This document shows, in pieces, positions 12,178 through 23,961 of a DNA stretch of 64,000 nt; position 1 is the first letter of the stretch; every line of letters starts with the position of its first letter. The DNA is from Phyllosticta citribraziliensis (taxonomy: Eukaryota). Below the pieces are notes generated by a model, which was not told the DNA's origin, searched no databases, and saw only the letters and a program-made list of their open reading frames with translations. Both the position numbers and the translations under genes were made by a program. Where the stretch lies: NCBI RefSeq assembly GCF_038025025.1, contig NW_027117339.1:2666001-2730000 (forward strand), given 5' to 3'.

Positions 12178-15100
12178 ATGCCGGGCCACGCCTCCCACGG
12201 CCCTGTCCGCAAGGACACGACCATTTTCATATCTAACCTGCACTGTCCCTCCTGCATCACAAGCATCCAAGAGTCTCTGGCAGGCCTGTCTCCGCCCCCG
12301 TCGCATATTTCTCATTCCATCGTCAACCACTGCGTCACCGTCCACCACGACTCCCGCCTGCCCCAGGACCAAATCTTGAAGGCCTTGGACCTCGCTGGCT
12401 TCGAGATCCACAGCGTCTTCGACGGCGCTACCCCAGTAAACTCTCCCAGGATCACCTCCTCCTCGGATCAGGATCCCGAGTGGGCTTCTAGCCTCGACCA
12501 AGCCGTCCGCTACTGGACACAGTCATGGACTACTAGCAGCAAAGCTCCAACCACCGACACCGAAATGCACAAGCGCGAGAGACACCTTGCCCAATGCGCC
12601 CTCTGCGCCGCAGAGGTCAGCCCGGCCGATGCTCCCCAAAAGGTCCACCCTGACGCTGGCGTCGAATTGGACGTCCTCCGCCTTGTTGACAAGAAGGAGG
12701 ACTACGACATTGAAAAATACAGCATCGACTCTGGAATCTCGAGGTGGAGCTTGGACTCCGTCATAGCCACCGAACCAAAAGCGCCCCAGTCCTTTCAAGC
12801 GACGATCGCCATCACCGGCATGACGTGTTCCGCTTGTGTAGCCGCTATCACGCGCATGGTGCAGGAACTCCCTTGCGTCAAGTCCATCGCCGTCTCTCTC
12901 CTGACGCACAGTGCCCAAGTTCAGTTCCGGGACAAGGGGAATCTCGATGCCATCATTGGCACAATCGAAGACGCCGGGTTCGACGCTGCTCTTGATAGTG
13001 TCGAGGAGATTCAGCAGAATGGCCAGAGAAAGTCCATCATCGAGCCGCCGAATGACAAATGGAAGGCAGTCTACTCCATCGGGGGCATGACCTGTAGCGC
13101 ATGCACCAACAGCGTCAACGATGCACTCAAGATGGTCGACTGCGTCGACACTGTCGATGTCAACTTGATTTCCAACAGCGCCACTGTTGTCTTTACCGGG
13201 AAAGACAATGCGGACCAGATCAAGGAGGCCATTGAAGATGCCGGATTCGATGCGGCCCTGGACAGTGTCCAAGCAGCGGGCCAGGACGAGGTAAGAGATG
13301 CCAAAAGGACCGTGTCTATCCGCGTCGACGGCATGTTCTGCCACCACTGTCCTGCTGTTGTCACAGGTGCCATCACGCGCAAATTCGATGGAGCTGTGGT
13401 AGTGTTGAAAGAGGCTACGTTTGACGACCCCATAGTCCAAGTCAAGTACGTGCCAAAGGTTCCCACTCTCAGTATCCGGACGATTCTTGCGTGTATTTCA
13501 GAGGCCAACTCTGCATTCGAGCCTTCGGTCTACAAACCTCCAACCATTGAAGAGCGCGCTCGGGAGTTGCACGCCAGAGAAAGAAGGAGGATCTTGGTGC
13601 GCCTTGCGCTGTCCATCACAATCGCCATCCCCACCTTTGTCATCGGCATCGTCTACATGAGCCTGGTGCCCGAACACGACCCAGGGAAGATGTTTCTCAT
13701 GGGTGGCATGTTCTCGGGGCACGTCAGCCGCACCCAGTGGGCTCTCTTCATCCTCGCGACCCCTGTGTACTTCCTCGCGGCTGACACCTTCCACAAGAAG
13801 GCGATCAAGGAAATCAAGGCCTTGTGGCGCCCTGGAAGCAAAGTGCCGATCCTCCAAAGATTCTACCGTTTCGGCAGCATGAACATGCTCATGTCGCTCG
13901 GCACCTCGATTGCATACTTCGCTTCGGTGGCCGAACTTGCTCTTAGTGCGACAGGGACAGAGCATGTGGGAGATGAAAATTTTTACTTCGACTCGGTCGT
14001 CTTCTTGACCATGTTCCTGCTCATTGGCAGGTTCCTCGAGGCTTATAGCAAGACCAAGACCGGGGACGCAGTGACGGCTCTGGGCAAGCTGAGACCAGAC
14101 GAGGCGACTCTGGTTGACCCGGTGCAAATGCAAGATCAGAAAATCAGCGTCGATCTGCTTGAAGTTGGTGACACCGTTCGGGTTCAACACGGAAGCTCGC
14201 CCCCATTCGACGGAGAGGTGCTCGACGCCAGCACCAAGTTTGACGAATCTAGCCTTACGGGAGAGTCGCGGCCGGTGACGAAAGAGATTGGAGACACTGT
14301 CTTTGCGGGCACGGTCAACAAAGGAGGGCCGATCCAAGTCAAACTCTCCAGCATCTCCGGTACATCGATGCTTGACCAGATCATCAAAGTCGTCCGCGAA
14401 GGCCAGACTCGCCGAGCCCCTGTCGAGCGGGTTGCAGATCTCATCACCGGTCACTTTGTTCCTTGTGTCGTGCTCATCGCCGTCATTACATGGGTCGTGT
14501 GGCTCTCGCTGGGTCTTAGTGGCACGCTGCCACAAGAGTACCAAGGTGGCCACACTGGTAGCTGGGTGCTGTGGTCTTTGCGGTTCGCGATCTCACTGTT
14601 CGTTGTCGCCTGTCCTTGTGGTATCGGTCTTGCGTCGCCGACAGCGCTCTTCGTTGGTGGTGGTTTGGCCGCAGGTTATGGGATTTTGGTCAAGGGTGGT
14701 GGCGAGGCATTCCAAGAAGCGAGCGATCTTGACTGCATCGTGTTTGACAAGACGGGTACACTGACACAGGGAGGTGACCCAGCGGTGACAGACGCAGAGA
14801 TCGTCCGAGGCCAAAATGCCATGGAAGTTCTCGGTGTCGCTCGTAGACTTGAAGAAGCCAGCGGACATCCCATAGCCACCGCCATCACGTCTTACTGCGC
14901 CGCCCACACCACCGAGGATTATGAAACAGTCTCAGTCGAAGAGATTCCTGGCAAAGGCCTCAAGGGTTCCTTTGAGTCGAAAGAGTTCTCCGACAGGTCC
15001 ATGGAGGCCATTCTGGGAAACGAGGCCTTGATGGCCGACCACAACGTATACATTGGCTCTGCAACGACGGAACTTTTGGACAGCTGGAAAAGGCAAGGCA

Positions 15101-15873
15101 AGTCGGTCGCCCTGATGGCCGTCAAGTCAGACGATGCCTCGACCAAGAGTCTCGCAGACCAAGATTCCTCAGACCGCTGGAAGCTCGCCGCGCTCTTCGC
15201 CATCTCCGACGCTCTCCGTCCTGAATCCGCCGCCGTCATCGCCTCGCTCCAACAGCGCGGCATCGACGTGTGGATGCTTTCTGGCGACAACCCGACCACG
15301 GCCAACGCCGTCGGTTCGCAGATTGGCATTCCTTCGTCCAACATCATCGCCGGCGTGCTCCCAGACCAGAAGGCGGATAAGATCCAGCACCTGCAGAAGA
15401 CGCTGCCCTCGCGGAACAAGAAGAACCAAAAATCCGGCCGCGCCATCGTCGCCATGGTGGGCGACGGCATCAACGACTCGCCGGCGCTGACAACAGCCGA
15501 CGTAGGCATCGCCATCGGCTCCGGCTCCGACGTGGCCATCTCGTCGGCCGACTTCATCCTCGTGACGTCGCACCTCGAGGCGGTCCTCACGCTCGTCGAC
15601 CTCAGCCGCAAGGTGTTCCGCCGCGTGTGGTTCAACTTTGCCTGGGCCCTCATCTACAACCTGTGCGCCATGCCCATCGCCGCCGGCGTGCTGTACCCGA
15701 TCAAGAGCAACGGCTCGCACATCCGCCTCGATCCCGTGTGGGCCAGTCTGGCCATGGCCTTGAGCAGCGTCAGCGTCGTCTGCAGCAGTCTGCTCTTGCG
15801 CAGCCGCATCCCTGGCGTTGGCTTCCGCCGCGGCACTCCAGTGCAACAACCGCAGCAGCAGCAGCAGCAGTAG
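12178..15873 (+). CDS. crpA: Copper-transporting P1B-type ATPase, CrpA/Crp1-like copper-resistance exporter
   Basis: HMA motifs LHCPSC, GMTCSAC (x2) and GMFCHHC; LTGES, ACPC, DKTGT, SGHP, MVGDGINDSPAL, TM7 YN and TM8 MALSS; intronless. The CrpA versus Ccc2 subfamily call is from recall. Confidence 0.9.
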   Translation: MPGHASHGPVRKDTTIFISNLHCPSCITSIQESLAGLSPPPSHISHSIVNHCVTVHHDSRLPQDQILKALDLAGFEIHSVFDGATPVNSPRITSSSDQDPEWASSLDQAVRYWTQSWTTSSKAPTTDTEMHKRERHLAQCALCAAEVSPADAPQKVHPDAGVELDVLRLVDKKEDYDIEKYSIDSGISRWSLDSVIATEPKAPQSFQATIAITGMTCSACVAAITRMVQELPCVKSIAVSLLTHSAQVQFRDKGNLDAIIGTIEDAGFDAALDSVEEIQQNGQRKSIIEPPNDKWKAVYSIGGMTCSACTNSVNDALKMVDCVDTVDVNLISNSATVVFTGKDNADQIKEAIEDAGFDAALDSVQAAGQDEVRDAKRTVSIRVDGMFCHHCPAVVTGAITRKFDGAVVVLKEATFDDPIVQVKYVPKVPTLSIRTILACISEANSAFEPSVYKPPTIEERARELHARERRRILVRLALSITIAIPTFVIGIVYMSLVPEHDPGKMFLMGGMFSGHVSRTQWALFILATPVYFLAADTFHKKAIKEIKALWRPGSKVPILQRFYRFGSMNMLMSLGTSIAYFASVAELALSATGTEHVGDENFYFDSVVFLTMFLLIGRFLEAYSKTKTGDAVTALGKLRPDEATLVDPVQMQDQKISVDLLEVGDTVRVQHGSSPPFDGEVLDASTKFDESSLTGESRPVTKEIGDTVFAGTVNKGGPIQVKLSSISGTSMLDQIIKVVREGQTRRAPVERVADLITGHFVPCVVLIAVITWVVWLSLGLSGTLPQEYQGGHTGSWVLWSLRFAISLFVVACPCGIGLASPTALFVGGGLAAGYGILVKGGGEAFQEASDLDCIVFDKTGTLTQGGDPAVTDAEIVRGQNAMEVLGVARRLEEASGHPIATAITSYCAAHTTEDYETVSVEEIPGKGLKGSFESKEFSDRSMEAILGNEALMADHNVYIGSATTELLDSWKRQGKSVALMAVKSDDASTKSLADQDSSDRWKLAALFAISDALRPESAAVIASLQQRGIDVWMLSGDNPTTANAVGSQIGIPSSNIIAGVLPDQKADKIQHLQKTLPSRNKKNQKSGRAIVAMVGDGINDSPALTTADVGIAIGSGSDVAISSADFILVTSHLEAVLTLVDLSRKVFRRVWFNFAWALIYNLCAMPIAAGVLYPIKSNGSHIRLDPVWASLAMALSSVSVVCSSLLLRSRIPGVGFRRGTPVQQPQQQQQQ

Positions 15874-16846
15874 GCAGCAACCCAAAGAACGATTTTTCGG
15901 TGCGGATTGAGCAAATGGGGAGGAGTGCGCAAAAGAAGAACGATGAGAAACAAGCTGCCTTTAGCGCGACGATGACGCTTACGACTTGTAGTGATACCCG
16001 GCGTGGTCGTGCCCCCCCACCAAGTCGATCTTGGTTGGGCGTGCTGTCAAATGGTTGTTGGATTGATTTTCTTGGATGGCTTGGGTCGTCTACCTACCTA
16101 CCCTTTTTCCCTTTTCCTGTAGCAAGGATTCCAAAGTCTCTATTTTCTATCATTCGTTGGTGTCATTGTTGATGTCATGTGCGCGTGGTGCTGTGAATGC
16201 TCACCACCTGCAGGCTGGCTTGCATTGAATCAAGATCGAGCTCGGCAGTTGGTGCTAAAGAATTGATACCCCTGGCACTGCAACACATCTAGGAAGCATC
16301 CGTTTGCGACCGTGGATGAAGTTAGGGAGCTGTCATCCACGACCGCAGCTACACGCAGAGCATCATCCCTTTCGACGCCCACCTTAGCCACGACCCGACA
16401 CATATTCTCCAGCAAGTGCAGCAGCGGGCTTCAGCTTGATTGATGGGTCGTGAAGTCAGTCTTGAATGCTCCTTGTGACTAGCCCTTGTAGACGCTTGAA
16501 TGCTCCTTCGTGTCTGGCCAAAGGTGGCTGCAATGATCCCCGTCAATTAGAAGTCAAAAAGTGTGGGTGCTTTCGAGGTCTCAGTCCTCCAACAGCAGAT
16601 TCCACGGCCTTGCCCTGTCGAGAGATGTCTTGGATTCAAATAGAAATTACACACTAGACAGGTCTTCTGTTGGTTGCACCACGAGGTAGGTATTGCATCT
16701 GCTCTCTCAATTGGAATAATTGGGTGTACAAAAGAAAAAAACAGAACCAACATGGTATCACTTTTCCACCACGCTCGCTCAGCAACCAAATCTGCAATCC
16801 GCCTCGAATAACCACCACCGCGACTACATTACAACTACGCTAGCGT

Positions 16847-18722
16847 TTAAAAGTCAAGGTCGACATCGACGTCAATGCCCTCGGACGAGATGGAGGCCGA
16901 GATGGTGAGGCCGCCAATCTTGAGCTCGCCAGAGATCAGCTCAATCTGCTCGGCGCAGCCAAAGTAGCCCTCGACGCCCCACTCGCCGCCCTCCTTCCAG
17001 GTGTCGTCGCCGTAGGAGAAGAGGACCGAGTGGGTACCGGCCTTCTCGATGATGCTCTTGATGGCCGTGGCCTGCTCCGTGGTGCCGGCGATGGCGTTGG
17101 CGTTGTTGCTGCTGCTCTGGTGGGGCCAGCCGGACTCGAGGTTGAAGACCTCGGTCACGTCGCTGTGCGACGGGCAGGCCTTGGAGGCGAGACCGAGCTG
17201 GCTGACGACGAAGTCACCGGCGTCCTCGGCGGCGGTGTTGCCGTCGAAGAAGGGCTGGACGTTGACACCGATGACATCGATGGCAGGGCAGATGTAGGTG
17301 TTGAAGGACTCTTGCTGGACAATGTTGACCGTCTCACTCGTAGTAAAAGCCTTGGAGGCCAGGCCGGCGCTCTTGAAGGTCGACTTGACGGTGGTGATGA
17401 ACTCTCCGAGCTCCTGGGCGGTGGCCCAGCCGTTGAAGACAGCCTCGTTACCGATGACAACCATGTCGACCAAGTCCCAGTTGCTGCCCTCCTTGGCCCA
17501 GCTCTGGATCTCGGTAACCTGGTCCTGAGTGTCCTGGGCGGAGATGCCGTCAGACTTGACGTAGATGCCAATGATCATCTTGAGGGTGGACTCGGAGCAG
17601 GCAGCACCGACGTTGACGAGACCGTCGCAGTCGGTGGCGTACAGGCGGACAGTGGTGAAGCCCTTGTCCTTGATGTCGGCAATGTCGGTCTTGACGTCGT
17701 CGGCGCTCTTGCAAGTGCCGTCAGAGTTGTAAGGCGTGTAGGTAATGGCCCACTGGTTGCCGTTGGTGGTCAGTCCGTTGCCGCCGTTGGCCGAGGTGGA
17801 AGGCGAGGCAGAGGGAGTGCTGGCGGAGCCCTGAGCAGAGCCAGTGAGAGCCGGGGTCGGGGTAGCAGAGTTCGCGACGGGAGCGCTGCTGGAGGGGGTG
17901 GCAGAGGCACCGCCGACGGCGCTCGAGGCCGAGATGGGGCCAGTGGCGGTGCTCTCGGTGCCGTCAACCGGGCAAGTGTAGACATCGTTCGTCTTGGTGA
18001 TGGTGACGGTGCGCTCAGGCTGAGTGTAGGTGCCGGGCGTGTAGGACGTCACCTTGGGGTAGTCGGCGGTGGTGTCGGCGGGGACGGTCGTGGTGACCGG
18101 GGGCACGACAGTGTAGACGCCGTTGCCGGGGCAGTAGTACGAGGTCGTCTTGATGACGCTGGTGGTGGTGGAGCCAGACGTCTCGACGGTAGCGTAAGGG
18201 CACGTGACGGTGGTCTCGGTGACGACCGAGGTGGTGACGCCGCCGTAGGTGTTGACACCGGACGTCAGAGTCTGGGTGGTGACGACGGGGACGGTGGTCA
18301 CTTGGGTGAGGGTGACGGTCCTGGCGGGAATGGTGTAGGTGCCCGGGGTGGCGTAGGTGGTGATGAAGGGAGTGGGGACGTTGTCCGGGACAGAGGAGCT
18401 GGCAGCCGGAGTCGAGCTCAGAGCCTCAGTCGACGGGGTGACGGCGGGCGTCGAGGAAGCCGGGGGCACCACCTGGGTCTGGGTGACGACTGATGGAGCA
18501 TAAGCGACTGGGCCGAAAGAGGAATTGTCGAAACTCACGCTGAGGGGGACCCGTGACGGTGGTAACGTAGGTGCTGCAGACGCACTCGTCGGCGGCGTCG
18601 CGGAGCTCGAGCTGACCCGGCTGGCGGCGCTGGTGGAAGCTCTGGTGGCTGTCGTGGCCATGGGCGGCCGCCGTGTTGCCGAGCAGGGCGCCGGCGGCCA
18701 CGGCCAAGAGGGCAGACTTCAT
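16847..18722 (-). CDS. btgE: Secreted cell-wall GH17 glucanase/transglycosylase, BtgE-like
   Basis: Signal peptide MKSALLAVAAGALLG; intron 18538-18490; Ser/Thr-rich region; GH17 domain with ITYTPYN, VRLYATDC, IGNEAV and ESGWP. Confidence 0.88.
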
Positions 18723-19635
18723 GTTGGACGTTTTTCGTTTGTGTCAGAAGAGAGGGCAGGTATCCGCTGAACGAGTGAAGCGGACTGGAGAGATGTAGAG
18801 CGAGCAAAAAGAACGACTGAGGCTGGGCCCTTGTGAAGTGGAAGGCCGTCGAGGGCGAGGGACGGTGGGCTTTTGATAGACGGCCAGGGGCGTCGTGTTG
18901 GAGGGCCATGGTGCACGAGGAAATTGGGCCTCTGGGGATCCGCAGCGACAGGCCACTCAGAGGCTGCCCCTGGCGCGCGGAGTGTGCTCTGGCTTCTGCG
19001 CTGCTCAGCCCAGTGGGCGAGGGCGAGGGGACCAAGTGACGTCTCCGCCATCGAGCGCCAAGGCGTCAGAGCACAGTCGGTCCAAATTTCATCACGACGA
19101 CAGCGGCATCGATCCACGCCCTCGGCCCTGCTGCACCACACCACATTTCGATCAGCTCGAGCCGTGGCTGTACGAGTAGACTACTGGAACGGTTCGAGAG
19201 TATCGTATTTGCCGGCATTGATGGCGTCGCGTGTTGAAGATTCGACCAGAGGTTGAGGCTCTGCTCGGAGCGGGTGCGAGCTAAAGCCGGCCCCATCAAC
19301 CACCAACTCCTTTTTCCTTTTCCTGTTCCTATTCGCCTGCCACCACCACTTCTGTACCGATGCCGGGAGCAGTTAGCCCTCCCGCGTGCCGTCGTAAAGC
19401 GCGGAGAAGCTTACATGTTGAGTTGGTTGGCGCGCGGATTGCTGCGCTGCCCGTGACGTGACGTGAGCCCATCTCGTTTACCGCCCTCTCGTGTCCGCGT
19501 TTCCCCTTTTGGCTCCTCGGCTGCCTTTGCCGTCGACTTCGACTTCATGCTGCCACAAACATGGCCTCTCTCCGCCTCGCCGTGGTTATTTTGAGCCTCC
19601 CAATTCATGGTCCCCGCATTCCATCTCATCTCTCT

Positions 19636-21239
19636 TCACCTCACCTCCTCGTTCCTGCTCTTCAATTTCATCCACCCGTTAGTGCCTCGTGTCTTGCCCT
19701 GTCGCTCATCCGTGCTCCCGTATCCTGGTCCCGCACTTGTGACCGTGGTCCCGCTCCATGTCCTCTTTACAGTGGCCCCGTTGTCTTCCTTGGCCCGTCC
19801 CGCGACTGCCTGCTCTTCCTCCTCCCTCTCCCATTCCTTTTCGTCCAACACCTCCCATTCTGCCCCCTGCATTTCGCCAAGCAAATACGACTTGACCTTG
19901 TCCACCGTCCTGGTCGGTGTCTGGAACTTCCAGCCCTTCACGAAGCTCGTGCCCTCGGCGCTTCCGAGAAACCCCTTCGACGTGCCGTGTGAAAAGTACC
20001 CCATCATGACATCGCCCCCCTGCGTCGATTTGGCCTTGGGTTCAGCCCTGCCCTTGGCATTCTCCGATTCCAAAGTCGCCAGAGTGCTGTTTGCTTCGTC
20101 AATCAGCAGTCTCCACACATTCTTCCCCAGCGGACAAATGTCCTCCCACTCATTGAATCCGCTGATTCCCTGTGACCGACACAGCCAGGCAATGTCCCAG
20201 GCCAGGAGGCTGACCCCTTCGACAAACAAGGAAAAGGCCACTGGATCCTCGTTGGCAAGCTGCGGAAGCTTTCGGTCAATGTACAAGGGCCGTGGGTGGG
20301 GCAGCGGCCGTTGGTGGTCCAGAGTACGAGAAGCGTCGGGACTGTTGCTCGACGACTGCGGCGTGCTCCCGGGGAACGGCACGTCCTTGTACGTGTAGGA
20401 CGACGATGGCGGCAATACGGTGGGGAGCGGGTAGTCTTTGTGCGGCAACGTAATCTCCGCAGGCAAGCGAATGGCCAGGTAGTTGGCAACCCGCACCACA
20501 AGGCCAGCCAAGAGATTCAACGACGTCGTGACTTGTGAGGGCGGAACAGCTGTGCCAGAGTCAAAAGATATCCCTTGATAGTACCAAGTGTAGATGACGT
20601 ACTGTTCAAGTCTCGTAGATCATGCACGCACACTCCTCCCATGTAGTACTCGGTCTTGACTTGTCCATCGCGGGTCCGACGTCTTCGCTGCTTCAAGCCA
20701 GCAACCTCTGCCGCATGCTTGCAGTGCCAGACCTTGCTCCGTATGTCATCTCGGTGTCCGACGTCGTCTGCCTCTTTGACTGCCCGAATAGCACTCTTGA
20801 CGTTGGTCAGATCCTTGCCTCGTCGCTCGTCTATGTTGTAAGTCGCCGACTCGAGGTCGGACCGGCGCTGGCTGATGGCGGCTTTGCGAGCCGACATCTC
20901 CCTCTTTCCATCCTCGAGTTGCCTTCGCAGCAGGTCAGCCTGTTCAGTTATCTGGCGCACGCGTTCTTGGGACTCGGTGGCCGCCGCGTAGTCCCGCTCG
21001 ACTGCGCTCCTCTTGGAACTTTCGTGTGTGTCAACCAGTGTCTCACCGAGTGACACGGCTTGCCCGGCTTGGTCGTCGGTCCCGCTCACCACGGCTTCGA
21101 CATGTTTCGACAGCAGCTCTCTCTCCAAGAGGACTGTGGCTAGATCGATGCGCATGTTGTAGAGGGCTGCGCGGGCGCAAGTTGGGCAGTGGACGCGGAC
21201 TTTTGGACTCAAGTCCTTGGCGCAAATATCACACTCCAT
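19636..21239 (-). CDS. ATG14: Atg14/UVRAG-family PI3K complex subunit
   Basis: N-terminal CxxC...CPTC, long coiled coil, and motifs YLAIRLPAEITLPH and EGVSLLAWDIAWLC; one intron near 20600-20550. Confidence 0.75.
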
Positions 21240-21634
21240 GGCGAACGGTAGTGACGTGGAAGTCGCTGCTTGTTGGGTCAAGGTTCCGTGGTTGTGATTG
21301 TTGAGCAGTGGTTCCGATTATGCAGCTGGTGGCGCATGATGACATTTGTTGGATACCGCCCGAGTCGCTAGTCATCCATGTGAGGCCGGGAAGGGAAGCG
21401 TGAGAGGTGACAGGGAGAACCGGTGCCTTCTAGATGATGGCGGAGGTGGTTGGGAATGATGCTGCAGTGCCTTGTGAGTGAGTGAGCGGACTTTCCGTTG
21501 TTGCGACCGGGAGTGGCTTCCCTGGGCTTGTGACGCACTGCAGCGGCCAGGACCCTGCCGCCGATCTTTCGGCTCTTGGCCAAAGCTGCATCAGGTCCAT
21601 TCACCAACTCAACTCCAACAATCTCACATCCACC

Positions 21635-22288
21635 ATGGCGTCTAGACGCTCGTCAATCGAGAATGATCCAGTCTTTTCAAGTACTCCACGCAAACGGTCG
21701 CACGACATGACGATTGAACCAGGTCCAAGAACCCAATCATCATCCCCGACTTCTCAGGGCACCCAGAGAGGCATTCGCACTGCCTCGCCGACCCGTACAG
21801 ACCAGCAATCAGACCAGCTTGAAGATGGTGACTTCGATCCAGACGAGCCTTTGCCGGGCCTGGATTGGACTGACCTCGAGACCCGCTACCACCAAGCCAT
21901 GGAGAAACACAATCAAGAAGAGCTGAAGCTGCAGCAAGATTTCGATGCTCTCACAAAGGTGCAGATGGTGCCGTTGCTTTCTAAATGCTTTTGCTGAAGT
22001 TTTCTAGTACTTTCAAGCATGGACCAGCACGACAACCCACCATGAAACCGATCGTTCTTTTGCGCGGTAAGATTGCCCTTGTCAATTCTGATTCCCTACT
22101 TACCATGGACGCGCTGTAGTTACAAGACACGCGTGGCTTTTACAAAGCACACCGAGGAAGAAGGCGAACAGAAGCGACAGCATTGTAAGTCATTCGACCC
22201 GGCTCAACCACTCCTGCTAACGGGACATACAGATCAAAAAGTGGTGCAGGCTTTGCAAAGTGCGCTTGACCTCCTCAATGGCTCATGA
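21635..22288 (+). CDS. Small multi-exon hypothetical protein (coiled coil)
   Basis: Continuous frame across three GT-AG introns: DWTDLETRYHQAM...|YFQAW...|...KTRVAFTKHTEEEGEQKRQH|...QKVVQALQSALDLLNGS*. Confidence 0.7.
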
Positions 22289-22627
22289 AGCATTCCAAGC
22301 GCAAATTAACCATCCTGGTGCCATGCAGCTGCAATGGACGTCCTTGTTCAAGACGACAGCTCAGGATACCAGCGGCCGCCTAGATTCGCTAGCCGCGTGT
22401 CGATGACGGTCAATCTCGCAACATCGGTGACGGACTTGATTCCCAGGCACAGTCCCCACCCGGCTCGCTGCGCCATTTTGTAACCACTGGCTTCAAAGTT
22501 GCAACAGGACACGCATTAGGGGCATATGGCTCGACACTTTGGGGTTATCTCTTCAAATTTCTTAACCCGACTTGCTATCGCCGAATATAGCAGTCATCAT
22601 GGGCGTTGCTTGATGGTCCATGGTGGT

Positions 22628-23257
22628 TCAAGCCGAAGGTTCTCCAATATCCTCATTCCTAGCGGTTTGGTCAGCGGTGATTCTTTGACGGAAATGTGGA
22701 AAAGATGTACCAATCTCCCGGCTTTTCGTTGATAAATTTAGTCATGAGAGCCTCACACTCGGGGCTCTTGACGTTGATGACCTCGATGCCTCTGGACTTT
22801 AAGTATTCTTCGCCGCCGACAAAAGTGTTGTTCTCTCCGAGGACGACGCGCTTGACCTTGTAAAGAATGCATGCGCCGGTACACATGTCGCAAGGTGACA
22901 AGGTTGTGTACATGGTCGCACCTTCGTAGGCCGAGGCGGGCAGCCTGCCAGCATTCTCAAGGGCAGAAATCTCGGCCTGGACGGGCCATTGATCAGTCAC
23001 GTGTGGGCAGGAGGAAATCAACCGAAGGCGAAGGGCATACGTGAAGCGTGGCACTGCTATTCTGGACTCTCATGTTGTGGCCCCTGCCGAGAATTTTGCC
23101 ATGCCTTGAGACGAGACATGCGCCGACTGGGAGGGTGGGATTAGAAACATGATGATGATAAGGTGGCAGAGGGCGGCCTACTGGGAACGCCCCCCTCGCT
23201 GTAGCCTTGCTTGGCTTCGTCGAGGGCGGCCAAAAATCCAGCGTCAGTGGTGGACAT
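22628..23257 (-). CDS. FCY1: Cytosine deaminase
   Basis: Motifs EGGVPIGA, GRGHNMRVQ, TLH|AEISALENAG and TLSPCDMCTGA (Zn ligands HxE and PCxxC); ends W|NEDIGEPSA*. Confidence 0.96.
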
Positions 23258-23444
23258 GTTAAGGCGGTAGTGAGAGGAGAATATTGGAGAAAGAGACGGT
23301 GGAAAATTTGAACATGTCGGCTTCAAGGGAAGAAGGAATTGATAAGGCGAGAGTGGCCTGTGCGTGGGTGGTGAGGGAGAGAGAACCGGAAACGAGGTGA
23401 GGTGTGGCGGTGGTTGGTATCGAGGTGCAAAGGTGAGGCGCAGG

Positions 23445-23473
23445 CAGCCACAGCCACAGCCACAGCCACAGCC
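23445..23473. repeat. (CAGCCA)n hexamer microsatellite
   Basis: About 4.8 perfect copies in the FCY1-YDJ1 divergent intergenic region. Confidence 0.85.
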
Positions 23474-23961
23474 CGGTGCAAAGTGCTGGTGCAAGTGGAA
23501 GAAGGTCGAAGGCCAAAGAAGCGAGCGAAGCCCAAGCGACAGAAGATGCTAGGTAGCCGTGCAACTCGCCGCCAACCACCACCCCCGGCCGAAAAATATC
23601 AAGCCATCCGCTTCCTCTTCCGCTAGGCAATCCTTTTGCGATTCTTGACCCCACTCGACCTGGCCCCTCTTGCTGCTCGCGCGCGCATCCGACTACTGTA
23701 CGTCCTCCTGCTGTGCTGCTTTCGTCTCGGCACTACGCGCCATCTTTGCGGATTACACGCGCGACCATACCATCCCTCTTCCGCTCAACACCCAGCTCGC
23801 TCAACAAACATCGCGCTCACCCTTGTATCCTCCGCAGGCCTTCAACCGCGCTGGAACAGTTGCACCCCTCCCGCCGCCCTCTGTCCTCCACGCTCAGCCT
23901 TGCCTGACGCCCAACTCGCTGTTGACCTCATCGACTCCATTTGCCCTATCCGCTTGCCAAA

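Noticed and set aside
19454..19466. TGACGTGACGTGA tandem CRE-like site upstream of btgE
   Set aside because: A short motif with no independent support; it could be chance.
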